Source: Cenococcum geophilum
Taxonomy: Eukaryota
Direction: 5' to 3'
Length of the DNA: 64,000 nucleotides
Assembly (NCBI GenBank): GCA_050273025.1
Contig: CP158636.1
Location: 2,852,001-2,916,000 of the forward strand
The notes below the pieces were generated by a model. It did not search any database. It was not told where the DNA came from and worked only from the letters and a program-made list of their open reading frames with translations. A program made the translations under genes and the position numbers. How positions within the stretch are numbered: the first letter of the stretch is position 1; each line of letters opens with the position of its first letter. Shown here one piece after another: positions 1-14,208 of this stretch.

Positions 1-1828
1 TACTCGCTCCTAATAAGCAGCCCTTATTACTTTATTATTACGAAATATTTCGCTTAAGTTAAATTTATCGTCCTTAATATCCCATCTACGAACTAGTTCG
101 TTAGTTCCCCTATATCCTATAGGTGCTAGCTCTTATAGCTAATAGCTTACGCTATACTTAGCGTTTTTATAAATTCGGTATACATTATTATAACAAAATA
201 CAAAACTTTTAATTAAATATTTTTTTGTTCCTCACAGTATATTATCGTCCCTCTATATATATATATTATCTACTAGTCTTATACCTTTTACTATATAGTA
301 ATTCTGCCCACTTCTATAGTCTCTAATATAATAACCCTATTTTCCGCAATTTATATAAGCTCCTTTTTTAAACCATTTCTCTTACTATAAAGTCCGCCTA
401 AATGTCTTCTACTATTAAGATCCCTAATTCAGCCTTTACTCCTTAGACCTTTAATTACTTAATCTTTATCCTTTAGGTTTCTATAGTTTGCTCTATTTCT
501 TATAGGCTTCTTTAGTACTACTTAGGTCTATTAGCTCTACGCTATACTATAGTTTCTAACTTAGCTTTTATTGTTATATACTCTGCGCCTTATATAACTA
601 TAGAACTCTATCCTAGCCTCTCTTAGCCTATTCCCTTTAGTAGATCCAATTATTAATCTTAATCGCCTAATTTATTAGTTCCCTTAGGGTATCCGCATCT
701 TCTATTAGAATAATTACGTCCTAGACTTTAGCCTTAAGTCCCTATTTATACTATGCTATAAGCGCCCTATTATTCTATTCTACTTATATTACTAGTGTTT
801 AGAACTATATTATATACTTAATTACTAAAATTCATTACACGAGGTTCTAGAGTTTTCTTTTTACTATAGTTGTTTCTTCCGGGTCTCTAAATATCTGCGT
901 AAGTTATTTTATAAATCCTTCCTAACTTAAGAATATAAATTATATATCTTAGTTAGTGGTTATCATTCCGTTTACCTATATCTCTATAAAATAAGGTTTA
1001 AACCACTTAAGTGCTTTTCCTAATAAGAATAGTCCTATATAGGCTATCCGATCCACGGGTGTAGGTAACTTTACTCCCTCCTATAAAACCTTAAAGTGTA
1101 TTTGTGTAAGGAATCCTTTAAGCTTTAACCTCTCTTCTATAAATCTCTTAATTAATAGTAGCTTAATCTTTACTGCTCCTATCCTATTAAGTCTTTCTTC
1201 TAATACTATATTATTAGCTATTAACTAGTTAACTATTTCCTATAGCTGTCCGACCGTTATAGGTTGCTATAAGTTAGTATCTGCCATACTGGTATTACCT
1301 TCTGTCCTTAAAGTAGTTGCTGCCGTTAATAGCATCATAGTGGCTGCTTTTAGTGGCATGTTGTTCGACTTCTTATATTAATACTATAACTAGGTAGTGA
1401 TTATATAACAGAACCTTATAGCAAAAACTACAATGGGCTCGTTATTAGGCTAGGTATATAGGAAATATAAGTATAAAAGTCAACAACGTAATAACAACTA
1501 GTGGAGTAGTTGCCTAACAGATTAACTCTAATTATATTCTAAGAATTACTATAAAGAAGGAACTATCTAGGTAGGGATTAAGGGTCCTTAAATACACAAC
1601 CGTACTCCTATAAAATCCTTTTTATACGTAATATACGTCTTATATATAAGGTACGTAAGTTCCTTTTATTCCTCTCGTTTAATACATAGCACATCATATA
1701 ACCTTAGTTACTATTCCTCGTCACATAGTTCTATTAGCTCCATCCTAGACCGTGCCTAAATTAACCAACTAGCTTCTTCCGTCTCTTCTCCAAGTAGTCG
1801 TAATATCGTACTTAAAGCGTCCGTAACA
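1..1828 (-). mobile_element. Ty3/Gypsy chromovirus family A, copy 1 (5' LTR 1404-1828 plus gag; runs off window start), inserted into copy 2
   Basis: 425-bp LTR is the reverse complement of 24935-25359. gag ATG at 1359 (MPxKAATM...). The sequence after 1828 is family-A internal sequence (matches the reverse complement of about 26900-27080). Confidence 0.93.
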
Positions 1829-2035
1829 CTATTAGGAAACTTCGTCCTAAGCTTATTTATATATTACTAAACTAAGCTATCGCTCTATCCTATTGGTTTT
1901 CGTCTATTATAGGTCCTTAAGCATACCTTATCTTATCTTAAAAATCTTAGTCGTCTCTTATCTCGTCTTAAGAATCTTAAGCCTTTAGCCTTTTGCCTTT
2001 ATTGAGTAGTAAGCTAGCACTAGCAGTCGTTTACT

Positions 2036-3761
2036 TTACCTCAGAAGCTCAGACTAAGAAATCGATTGTGCGGATATAGGAATATCCGCACCGTCCGCTA
2101 AGCTGATTTAGGACGGTAATCGTTTTCTTAGTCTAAGGGACTTTGGCGAGATTTGTAGAAAACCTAAATACCGTTTATATGAGAAGACCTTATTAACTTT
2201 AACGAAATTAATCTACCCTTCTACAATACCTATTAACATAAAAATTACACCAAATTATAGAGAAAAGCCTACCCTATAAGTTATGAGATCTTTAGCTCCT
2301 TATACACGCGCAATATTAAAAGGAGTTCGTTGTCGCAGAGGCTCCAATTCCACTACCCTACTAAGGCGCGTAGTAAACACACTTACGCCTACGCCACCAG
2401 CCCTCTTTGTAACCAGTGGGTATTCCATCTGCTATATACCTATTTAATTTATTTACTTTATAGCCCTTTACAGGTTATAGTGTAGGCCCTAATAGAGTTG
2501 TAGGCTCCGCGTCTGTGTAGAGCTATAGAGCTTTGCGAGAGCTCTGCAGAACGAAGCTTAGGGGGAGACCTGCACGGAGCTCTGCACGGAGCTCCACTAA
2601 GGCTCTGCGGAGGCTCTGCACGAAGCTCCGTACGAAGCCCTGTAAAAGCTCTACTCGAAGCTCTGCTCGAAGCTCTGCTTGAGGCTCTGCTTGAGGCTCT
2701 GCTCGAGGCTCTGCTCGAAGCTCTACTCGAGGCTCTGCTCGAAGCCCTATATAGAGCTCCAAAGCTCTACTAACACGTAGCACTAATATACCAGGAAGGT
2801 TCTACAATCGCCCGTATAAACGCCCGTATGAACGCCCATACAATCGTCTCTACAAAGGTCTCTGCAATTGATCGCCCGTACGAACGTCTGCACGTCTGCA
2901 CGTCTGCACATCTACACGTCTGCACGCCTGCACGTGGCTCTGCACGAAGCTCTGCATTAAGCTCTACACGAAGCTCTGCTCGAAGCTCTGCTCGAGGCTC
3001 TGCTCAAAGCTCTGCTCAAAGCTCGAAGCTCTGCCCGAAGCCCTATATAGAGCCCCAAAGCTCTACTAACACGCAGCACTAATATACTAGGAAGGTTCTA
3101 CAATCGCCCGTACAAACGCCCGTACGAACGCCTATACAATTGTCTCTACAAACGTCTCTGTAATTGATCGCCCGTACAAACGTCTGCACATCTGCACATC
3201 TGCACATCTACACATCTACACGTCCGCACGCCTGCACGAAGGTCTGCACGAAGGTCTACTAAGGCTCTGCACGAGGCTCTGCCCAAATCTTACCCCCTAG
3301 TAGTAGCAGAGGCTCTCCGGCTAAGGGAGGATATTTTTAAGAAAGGACCCAACTATAGCGCCTACTAGGTGTTGCAATAACTTTAAGTAGAGGATATCTA
3401 TGTATCTATATAGTTTTATTAATATTAGTAGACTATTTAATAAGATATAATACGTGCTTAGGCTTTTAACAACGCGTTTTTTAACTTTAACAAAATTAAT
3501 GTCAGGACTAAGCAATAGCCGTATTATAAAATTCATACCATTTAGAAGCCCTAAGTCTTAAAAATAATGTATAGATTTTAGGTAATAATAACGCGTTATA
3601 TGAATAAATAAATTAGATATCCGCAATCTCCGTTTTACGGATTTTGCTTAGGATTTTAACAAAACTCGCCAAACCCTCTCAGACGTGATTTTGCAATTCG
3701 GAAGACGGCGTAGGTTATTCCGATACTAGCTAAAAAATCGCGTCTGAGCTCGCTGAGGTAA
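2036..3761. mobile_element. Non-autonomous Mutator(MULE)-like TIR element carrying 12-bp tandem repeats
   Basis: Termini TTACCTCAGAAGCTCAGAC and GTCTGAGCTCGCTGAGGTAA. 9-bp TSD TCGTTTACT at 2027-2035 and 3762-3770. No transposase seen. Superfamily inferred from TSD length only. Confidence 0.75.
2560..3285. repeat. 12-bp (GARGCTCTGCWC) and 9-bp (CGTCTGCAC) tandem repeats within an internal duplication of about 296 bp
   Basis: Visible arrays. The block gaagccctatatagagc..aaagctctactaacacg occurs at 2741 and 3037. Confidence 0.9.
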
Positions 3762-5793
3762 TCGTTTACTTACTTAATCGTCTTTAGATATTACTTCTTC
3801 CGTTTTATAAAGCGGTGGATGCCGTATCTAACGGTGTTATAATACCCATTACTAAACCTTACTTTATAGCGGTCTCAGTCTCTACTTCTATTACGTTATT
3901 AAGGTTTAGATACCCCCAGTTAGTTCCTTTACTATCCTTATCGCTATTAATTAATAAGTACTCTAACTCCATTATCATTATTATTAATTATTATCCGTAT
4001 ATTACTATAATATCTTAATCTAGCTTATAGAGTTAATCTTATTCTTTATTTAACTTTTTAGTTCCTCTAAGTCCTTTTAACTTTAGCTCTTATAGCCAAT
4101 AGCTTACACTATACTTAGCGTCTTTATAAATTTGGTATGCGTTGTTATAACAAAACGCAAAACTTTTAATTAAATACTCTTTTATTCCTCGCAGTATACT
4201 ATTATCCCTCTATATATATATGTTATATACTATTAGTCTAGTTCCCTTTACTGCGTAGTAACTCTAACTACTTCTATAGTCTCTAGTAAAATAACTCTGT
4301 TTTCCGCAATTTATACAAGCTCCGTCTTTAAACTATTGCTTTTGCTATAGAGTTTGCTTAAACGTCTTCTACTGCTAAGATCCTTGGTTTAGCCTAAGCT
4401 CCTTAGTTCTATAATTACTTAATCCTTAACCTCTAGGTTTTTATAGTTTTTTACTTTATATCTTATAGGTTTCTCTAGTACTACTTAGGTCCATTAGCTC
4501 TGCGCCATACTATAGTTTCTAATTTGGCTTTAGTTATTACGTACTTTACATCTTATATAACTATAGAACTCTATCCTAGCCTTTCTTAGCCTATTCCCTT
4601 TAGTAGATCCTATTATTAATCTTTATCACTTAATCTATTAGTTCCCTTAGGGTATCCGCATCTTCCATTAGGATAATTACGTCCTAGACTTTAGCCTTAA
4701 GTCCTTATTTATACTATACTATAAGCGCCTTATCGTTCCATTCGACCTATATTATAAGTGTTTAAAACTACGTTATATACTTAATTGCTGAAGTTCGCTG
4801 TGTTAGGTCCTAAAGCTTTTTCTTTACTATAGTTATTGCTTCCGGGTCCCCAAATATCTATATTAATTATTCTATAAATCCTGCCTAGCTAGAAAACACA
4901 AATCGTACCTCTTAATTGGTAGTAGTTATTCTATTAGTCTGTATTTCTATTAAGTAGGGTTTAAACCATTTAAGTACCCAATCTATTAGGAATAGTCCTA
5001 CGTAGGCTATCTAGTCCATTATTATGGCTAACTTAGCCCCTTCTTGCATGACTTTAAAATGTATTTATATTAGGAATCCTTTAAGCTTTAATCTTTCTCC
5101 TAAGAATCGTTTAATTGAGGGTAACTTAACTTTTACTACTCCAATCCTATTAAGTCTATTTTTAAGTACTATATTATTTTATATTAATTAATCCACTATT
5201 TTCTATAATTGTCCTATTATTATAGGTTATTACAAGTTAGTGTCCGCTATACTAGTATTACCCCTTAACCTTAAAGTAGTTGCCGCCGTTAATGGCGTTG
5301 TGGTAGCTGCTTTTAGTAGCATATTATTTGACTTTCTATATTTAATACTGTAACTAGGTAGTAATTATATAACAGAACCTTATAGTAAAAACTACAATAG
5401 GTTCTGTTAATAGGCTAGGTGTATAGGAAATATAAATATAGTAGTTGTTAATATAATAATAACTAGTGGAGTGGTTGCCTAATAGATTAACTCTAATTAT
5501 ATTCTAAGAATTACTATAAGGAAGGAACTATCTAGGTAGGGACTAAGGGTCCTTAAATACATAACTATTCTCCTACGAAATCCTCCTTATACACGATGTA
5601 CGTATTATACGTAAAGTACGTAAGTTCCCTTTATTCCTTACGTTCCTTATATAGCACCTTATATAACCTTAGCTACTATTCCTCATTATATAGTTCTACG
5701 GGTTCTATCCTAGACTGTGCTTATATTAACTAACTAGCTTCTTCTAACTCTTCTCCAAGTAGTTATAATATCGTACTTAAAGCGTCCGTAACA

Positions 5794-8700
5794 CTACTTT
5801 ATAAGCTTATCTACTATCACTAAAATCGCATTATAATCTTATTTAGTAATAGGATCTCTTAATTTTAGTAACTTAATAATAAAGTCCTATAATATGACCT
5901 CCTATAGTCTCTCTAGTATTTTAATAGGTTATAGCCCTCTATATAGCTTATACCTTATTAGTTTATTCCTTTAATAATCTAAACATTCCTTTATAACTTT
6001 TTATGCTAAGCCTTAAATTCCGTTAATAATATACTCCTTTTAGAGTCTTAACACTAAGCCTATAGCTCTATTATATCCTTAAGTTAATCCCTTATAGAAT
6101 TCCTCTATAAATTGCTTTGCTATACTTCTTAGGATATACTTAGCTTCTCAGTTTTTGTATATATCCGTCTATAGATCTTCTAGCTATACTTCTTAAATCC
6201 TTTATACCTAAAAGCTCTCTAGTGACTTGTAAACTCTATCTAGTTCCTCCTAAGTTGCTATAATTTTTAGATAATTATACCTAATCAATCCGTCTATATC
6301 TTTTCGCAGTAAAGCCCCTAATAGCTTTTTATCGTTTTATAGTTTAGCTTTTTAACTTAGAGTATCTGCTTGTATATTATCTGTACCCTTAGTATACTAA
6401 ATCTTAAAATAGTATTTTATAAGTATCTCTACCCATCTAACCTATTTTTAGTTAAGTTTCTTCGTTGTTAGGAATCCTATTAGGTTTTTATAATCCGTCT
6501 TAACTATAAATGGTTTCTTTATACCTTATAAGAACGCTTTCTATTCCTTTAATACTATAACTATACCTAATAACTCCTTGTTGTAAATATTATAGTTTAA
6601 CTCTAGTAGTGTTATCTTCCGACTATAGTATGCCACTAGGTACTATCTATTTTAATATTTTTATATAAAGCACGCCCCTAGTGTATAGTCTAATATATTT
6701 ATCTTTATAACCGTCCCTAGACCTAGTTAATAGATTTTAAGAACTGGCTCCTGGGTAAATAACTCTTTTACTTATTTAAAGAGTTCCTTTTATTCCTCTC
6801 CCTATGCCTATAGTTCTTCTTTCTTTATTAATCGCGTAAATGGTTTAATATCCTTTAACCATTACGCTATAAACCTTCTATAGTAATTATAAAACCCTAA
6901 AAATAATCTTAACTATATAACGTTCTCTAGTTTTTACTAATTCACTATAGCCTTAATCTTCTTTAGATCTATACTAAGTTGGCCTAGTTTAATAATAAAT
7001 TTAATAAAATTGGTTTTCCTAGTAAAGAACTTGTATTTCTTAATTGCTACTAGCATTTATTCTTCTTATAGTCTCTTTAAGACCTATTTAACGTGTCCTT
7101 CATATTCTTCCTTAGTTATTAAGTAGATGATAATATTGTTAAGATATACTATAACAAATTTGTTTAAGTATTCTCCTAATATATTATTAATATGCTTTTA
7201 GAACGTTACTAGTGCGTTTATAAGCCTAAATTATATAACTAATAGCTTATATAGTCCTTCCTTTAACCTAAAGGCTGCCTTCTATTTATCGCCTTCCTTA
7301 ATCCTAATCTAATGGTACGCCTATCTTAGATCTATCTTTATAAAGATTTGCGCGTTGCCTATCCTATTTTAGATTTCGCTAATTAAGGGTAAAGAATACC
7401 TATCCTTCCTGGTAATGCTGTTTAACTATCTATAGTCGATATATAGCCTTAGTTTGCTATTTTTCTTTAGTACAAATAGTACTGGATAACCCGCTAATGA
7501 CTGCGATGGTCTAATATATCCTTTTTATAAGTTTTCCTAGATAAACTCTTTTAATACTTTACCTTCTTCTTTAGTAAGCTTATAGATTGGAAAGAACTTT
7601 AGACTTATTTCTGGTTCTAATTCTATTTTATAGTCCCATACTATATACTCTAATAGCTTTTTACTTTCTGGTAACTATAGTTTCTTACTGTACTTATAGT
7701 ATTTCTTTAGTATATAACTTAAGCCTCGCTTAGTCTCTTTATATATCGCTCTAACTTAGTACTATACTAACTTAGCTTATTATTGTATCTTGTGGCGTTA
7801 AGTATTTTTAATATTAACTTAACCTATAATCTAATCGATCTTTAAATTGTATTTCTGTAACTAAGGCATTCCTAGTACTGCCTTATTATTCCCTAATAGT
7901 AATATATTAAAAGACATCTTAATTTATCTCCCTTTAATAGTTAACTAAATAGGTCCTATTTTAAGATTGATAATCCCTCCTTTATAGGTTATTAGATCTC
8001 CTAAATTTGTAACTAATAGGTAAGGGTACTCCTTCTTCCTGTATAGTAACCCCATTCTTTTAACTGCTATTAGTAAGATATAGTTCCTTATTACTCTACT
8101 ATCTATTAGTGCCTTAAACTATTAATCTTACTATTTAACTTATAAATTTAGGTATTGTCCTTAAATTCCTTTAAGGGTCTAAGGCTCTACTACTGGTTCC
8201 CTCTGGTCCTATAGGCCTTTACTTTTCCTAACTATTAGCTACTTAATCCTATTTATACTTAGTCCAACTTAGGCTAATACTTAGTTTGCTTTTTATCTTT
8301 AATATGCTATAGACATATATTCTCTAGGCATTCCTACTACTATTATCTATTTAGGCATTCTTCTGTAAGGAATCTTCCTAGCTAAAGTGTTAAGTCTCTT
8401 AACTCTTAATCTTCCGCTAGATGCTAACTATATATATATCTAGCATTTCTGTATTATTGCTTATCTATTATCTAATATATCCTTATAAGGTATTTTTGAT
8501 TCTTTTTCTTTAAATTCTTATATATGTTATATATATCGTCTATACATACAATCCATAATAGCGTATAGTGTGCTAGGTGCTTTAGGTTAACTCTTAGCTC
8601 ATTTTTATCCCTAAGTTTAAACTTTTATTATGCTGATCTAAACGTTATAACTTTTTTACAGGTACTAAGATGCGTTACTCGCTTTTTTAGTTCTCTAATT

Positions 8701-11650
8701 ATTCCTTTAGATCCTTTAACGTTATAATTAAAGCTCCTTTAATATAAGTTATAGCCTTTTCCATAATTAGGTGGTCCTGGATAACTTTCTTATCCAACTA
8801 TATATAGAAATCTTCCCACTTATTGTTGTGCCTTTACCTATACCACTTTTAGTATAGCTGCTGGAGTGTATATAGCTTATCCGTAAGGAAGTATCTTCTT
8901 ATTACTGCGTTGTGACAGCCTTTTATATATCGTTTTTTAAACCTAGTTAGAATCCCTAAATCCTCTTCTTGTTCTAGTTTAATAAGCTACTTAGCTCTTA
9001 ATGTGCCTACCCTAGGCCTATTAGTGATTCTTTATACTAGCGCTCTGTCCCTTATACGTCCCAATATACTAGATCTTTTGTCTAGTTTCTGTTCTTACTA
9101 TATAATGATTCTTTATCTAAACTCTTCTATAGTTTCTTTTAGTTTGCGTCTTATAGACTAATCCTTAAAGTCTTCTTACTTCTTAATCTCGGTATTAACT
9201 TTTTAATCTTTAGGCCGAATACTATATTCTTTTAGTAAGTCCTTTAGGTCTATATATCTGTCTCCTAGTCTAACTGCTGTTTGTATTATAGATTCTCTAA
9301 TCTATAAAGAAGCTTCTTACCTCTTACTTATAGGTGTCCTAATTTGTACTCCAAATTCTTAATCCCTTAGATTCTTTAATCCTAAGCTTACTTTTAACTT
9401 AAGCTTAGCTCCAGCCTTAGTCTAACTAGGCTTACTTAGTGTTCTTATCTTATCTTAAGAGTTTTAAATCTTACTTATCTTATTTTAAGAGTCTTGTGCC
9501 TATAGGAAACTCTATCCCGAGCTTATTTGTATATCTTTAAACTAAGCTATTGCTCTGCTCTATTAGTTATCGTCTATTATAGGTCCTTAAGCTTGCCTTA
9601 TCTTATCTTAAGAATCTTGGTTATTTCTTATCTCATCTTAAAAATCTTAAGCCTTTAGCCTTTTGCCTTTATTAAGTGCTAAAGTGGTTTGCTATCCTAC
9701 TTCTCTTATATCTTACAAAGCGATAGATATCGTATCTAGTAGGGTTTTGATCCCTACTAATGTTCCCTATTCTATAGTGGAATTATCCTCTACCTCTAGT
9801 ATAATATCTTTAATGGCTGTGTATTCCTAGTAAACCGCCCTTATTGCCTTATTGTTATAAAATGTTTCGCCTACGTTAAATTTATCGTCCTTAATATCCG
9901 ATCTATGAACTAGTTTATTAGTTCCTCTACACTATGTAGATTTTAGCTCCTGTGGCTAATAGCTTACGCTATACTTAGCGTCTTTATGAATTTAGTATAC
10001 GTTATTATAATAAAACGTAAAACTTCTAATTAAACATTCCTTTGTTCCTCGCAGTATACTATTATCCTTCTATATGTATATATCGTCTACTATTAGTCTG
10101 GTTCCCTTTATTGCATAATAACTTTAACTATCTTTATAATCCCTCGCGAAGTGACCTTATTTTCCGTAATTTATATAAGCTCTATTTTTAAACTATTGAC
10201 TTTATTATAGAGTCCGCCTAAACGTCTTCTACTACTAAGATCCCTAGTTTAGCCTCTACTCCTTAGTCCTATAATTACTAGATCCTTAACCTTTAGGTTT
10301 CTATAGTTATTTTCTCTATCTTTTATAGGCTTCTTTAGTATTACTTAGGTCTATTAGCTCTGCGCTATACTATAGGTTTTAACTTAGCTTTAGTCATTGC
10401 GTACTCTACGCCTTATATGACTATAGAACTCTATTCTAACCTCTCTTAGTCTATTCCCTTTAGTAAATTTAATTATCGATCTTAATCGCTTAATCTATTA
10501 ATTCCCTTAGGGTGTCCGCATCTTCTATTAGAATAATTACGTCCTAGACTTTAGCCTTAAGTCCTTATTTATACTGTGCTATAAGCGCCCTATTATTCTA
10601 CTTGACTTATATTACTAGCGTCTAAAACTACATTATATATTTAATTGCTAAGGTTTGTTACGTAATGTCTTAAAGTTTTCTTTCCGCCATAGTTACTGCC
10701 TCTAGGTCTCTAAATATCTATATAAGTTGTTCTATAAATCCGTTTTTAGCTTAAGAATATAAACCGTACTTCCTGATTTATAGTCGTCATCCTATTTACC
10801 TAGATTTTCGTAAGGTAAGGCTCAAACCATTTAAGTGCTCTTCCTATTAAGAATAATCCTGCGTACGCTATTTAATCTATAGGTGTTGTTAGCTTAGCTT
10901 CCTCTTATACTACCTTAAAGTGTATTTATATAAGAAATCCTTTAAGCTTCGATCTCTCTTCTAAGAATCTTTTAATTAATAGTAACTTAACCTTTACTGC
11001 GCCTATCCCGTTAATCCTAGTTTTAAGTGCTATGTTATTTTCCGTTAACTAGTTGACTATCTCTTGTAGTTGTCCGACCATTATAGGCTGCTATAAGTTA
11101 GTATTTGCTATACTGGTATTACCTAACCTTAAAGTAGTTGCCGCTGTCAATAGCGTTATAGTGGCTGCTTTTAGTGGTATGTTATTTAACTTTTCCGTAT
11201 TAATACCGTAACTGTGGTAGTAATTATATAACGGAACCTTATAGTAGGAACTACGATAGGCTCATTATTGGGCTAGGTGTGTAGGAAATGCAAGTATAGA
11301 AAGTTAATAACGTAATAATAACTAGTGGAGTAGTTGCCTAATAGATTAACTCTAATTATATTCTAAAAATTACTATAAGGAAGGAACTATCTAGGTAGGG
11401 ACTAAGGTCCTTAAATATATAACCGTACTTTTATAAAATCCTTCTTGTATATAATATACGTCTTATACGTAAGGTACGTAAGTTTCTCTCGTTCCTCTTG
11501 TTTAATACGTAGTATGTTATATAACCTCGGCTACTATTCCTCGTCATATAGTTCTACCGGCTCCATCCTAGACCGTGCCTAAATTAACCAACTAGCTTCT
11601 TCGACTCCTCTCCAAGTAGTCGTAATATCGTACTTAAAGCGTCCGTAATA
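5794..11650 (-). mobile_element. Ty3/Gypsy family A, copy 3 (5' LTR 11227-11650; gag, protease, RT, RNase H, N-part of integrase), RIP-inactivated
   Basis: Colinear with the reverse complement of 24935-30793. RT YLDD-like motif near 7130-7150. Confidence 0.93.
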
Positions 11651-12514
11651 CCCTACCTTTTCTAGAAAAAGGAGGCTCTAGGCTTTTAAAAGAAGAAATT
11701 AAGACCTTTAATCCTATAAAGATATAAGGACTACCTAAATAGATCTTATCTAGTATAAAAAGACATAATCTATAGACTAGATTTAGCTCTATAGTTTTTA
11801 CTATAGAGAATAAAGAAAAAAGATAAGAAATTCTTAAGTAAAAAGAGATTTTAATTGCAAGTACAGCTACTAAGGTAGTAAGATACTTCGAAGTCTCTTC
11901 TACTATATAGTACACTAGCTGCCAAAAATTTGGCCATATAGGAGATAAATACTCTACTAGGGCCTGTAGATATTGTGCGGCTATATATCTATTTAAAGAC
12001 TATACTTGTCTTACCTGTATAATAATAGGCAAGCCTTATAAGCATACTACCCCTCTTTGTATTAATTATAAAGAAAAACACTTTGCTAATAGTAAAGACT
12101 GCGAGACTCTTAAAGTAGCTAAACTAGTACGTAGTACTAGCGTAGAAGATTCTATAGAAGAATAAAATACATAGGGTTTTAGAAGGAGGTAACTCCTACT
12201 AGGCTCTTAGGTAAAAGATATTAGAGAGTAAAAGAATAGAAATAAATTGTAAAAGGATAGGGATAGGTATTAGGATTTCTTATAGTTTTTCCTACCGTTT
12301 TCTTATTCTCTAGTAGTTGTAGTAACTTAGTAGTTTACTAAGGAACTATAAACTCCTAGCTTAGGGGTTTATAAACTACTAGGATATAGCTACTAGTATA
12401 TATTAAGCTGTCTAGAAAAGGATTTATGTATATAGAACTATAGCGCTATAGCCTAAGGCTGTATATATAGTATTGTATATAGTATAATATAACGGATAAA
12501 AAAAAATAAAAAAA
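11651..12514 (+). mobile_element. LINE (Tad1-like) remnant: ORF1 zinc-knuckle C-terminus and A-rich tail, ORF2 largely missing
   Basis: De-RIPed reading QCTSCQKFGH..C..RACRYCAA.H....H.C..C.....C.H....C.NCKEKHFANSKDC at about 11905-12110. A-rich tail at about 12497-12514. Confidence 0.75.
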
Positions 12515-13550
12515 GTATCCTACTATAATTTAATAGGGATTTAGACGGACGCTACCTAGCTCTACTAAAGACTAATAGTATTTTATAATAAAAAATTCTA
12601 AGGGCCTAAAATTAGGTGTTATATCTACAATAAGGAACTACTAGCTATAGTTAACTGCTTTAAATAGTAGTAATATTACCTTAAGTACGCGAGCTATACT
12701 ACTTATATTGTGGGAGGGTACGACCTCTTTAAGATGGGAAAGTCATAGTGCGGTCGGTCTGTCTGTCTGTTGGTCGGTTAGTCAGTTGGTTGTAATTAGT
12801 TAGTAAAACAGTTAGTAAGAAAGAAAGAAAGAGTGTATTTCCGGTAACTGGTAGGGTCGTGTTCTCTAAGATAGAGGGAAGAAGGAAGGAAGCCGAAGGC
12901 TCTATAAATATAGGAAAATGCCAAGATAGTAGGCGACGTCTAATCTACACCACCATAATATACTCTTAGATTATTATAATTTACGCTACTTATAACTATA
13001 AAGGAGCTTATACCTTAATAGGCTAAATAGGTAAAAGAGCTTATATAATTTAATTTTAAGATTAAATATAAACTAGGGGAAAGTAACCCTACTAATAGAC
13101 TATTATAATAGCTAGACTTTATTAAAGGGTTTAAAACAGAAGAAATGAAGAAATAAAGAATAGATATTTTACTCCCTATATTATAAAATAAGCTCTAAAT
13201 ATAAAATACTTAAGTACTTATAGCTTTATATATTAAGCCTTAGGCGGTATAAAGCCTTTTAGTTTTTATTAATATTCTAGCTAGTACCTAGTCCGTTACT
13301 ATTAAGTATCTAAATATACCTAAATAGGATGTTCCTAATATATTCTTAAAACCTAGTAATATATTACCCTTAATTACTAAGCTATTCTCTTAAACTAATA
13401 GTAAAGCTATAGAGTAATTAGAACTTAAAGCCCTATAATAACTTAAAGACTTTAACTTTATAGCGGCCTTCCTAATATATATATATATTAAAAGATTATA
13501 AGATCTATAGTACTATTTAGTTTTATACTTAGAGTAATAGTTCTAAAATA
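12515..13550 (+). pseudogene. Gypsy pol fragment (RNase H region) of an older element
   Basis: De-RIPed reading ...Y.IHDKELLAIV.CFK.WRHYLE...ILSDHHNLRYF, interrupted by a solo LTR. Confidence 0.75.
12709..12957. mobile_element. Solo LTR (249 bp) with 4-bp TSD
   Basis: Termini TGTGG...CCATA (RIPed CCACA). ATAT at 12705-12708 and 12958-12961. Removing it restores the host RNase H frame. Related to the LTR at 54092-54413. Confidence 0.8.
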
Positions 13551-13559
13551 TAGTAAGAT

Positions 13560-14208
13560 CTTCTAATTTAGGGTCTATTTTAATCCGGTAAAAAGCCTAA
13601 CGGATATTAAGCTTAATAAAGATCTTAGCTCTACTTATTTAGGCTAGAGTTTTATTAAGTAAGGGTAGTAAATACCGGTCCTTATGGGTTGTATTATTAA
13701 GTTTATAGTAGTTAATATAAAAACAAAGTCCTCTATTTAGCTTTTTAGTAAAGAGAATAGGCGAGTTAAAAGGGGCTTAACTAGGCTTAATAAAGCCCTT
13801 ATTTAGGTTATTAATAAAGTACTACTTAGTAGCCTATAATTTAACAGTAGACTGCTAATAAAGGGGGCTATAGTTAAGAGTGTCTTCCTTATCTAGCTTA
13901 ATCTTAATCTTATAGTTATGCGGTTAATAAGGCGGGAATATATTAGACACTGTCTTAAAGAATATATCTTTAAATTTTTAGTGTTAATAGGGTAGTTTCT
14001 ATTCTACTAGCTCCTCGTTTATAAGCTTACTTTCCTATCTACTTAACTTATTTTCCTTTTCCTTAATTATTTAATCAATTTTATATAAGCTAGTGGTAAA
14101 GGTAATAGTATTAGGTTAGACTAAGTTCTAGTAGAATCTTACGGCGCCAATCTAGCAGATATTAACTAGTAGGAGGTCCGTAGGTTTTTTTATGGACTTT
14201 TATTAGGC
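13560..14208 (-). pseudogene. Gypsy element E, RT N-terminal fragment (continues at 42651-43786)
   Basis: Minus-strand reading KGFI.PS.APF.SPILF..K...GL.FC.DY.KLN..T.KDRY.LPL. Flanks of element C join E sequence on both sides. Confidence 0.75.

Larger units (their letters stand above)
1829..5793 (-). mobile_element. Ty3/Gypsy family A, copy 2 (5' LTR 5368-5793, gag from 5322), interrupted by a TIR element at 2036-3761
   Basis: LTR and gag align with the other A copies. The right flank is family-A integrase sequence, so it is inserted into copy 3. Confidence 0.9.

Noticed and set aside
2523..3082. Short ORFs with RAEL/SSAR repeats
   Set aside because: Products of the same 12-bp and 9-bp repeats.
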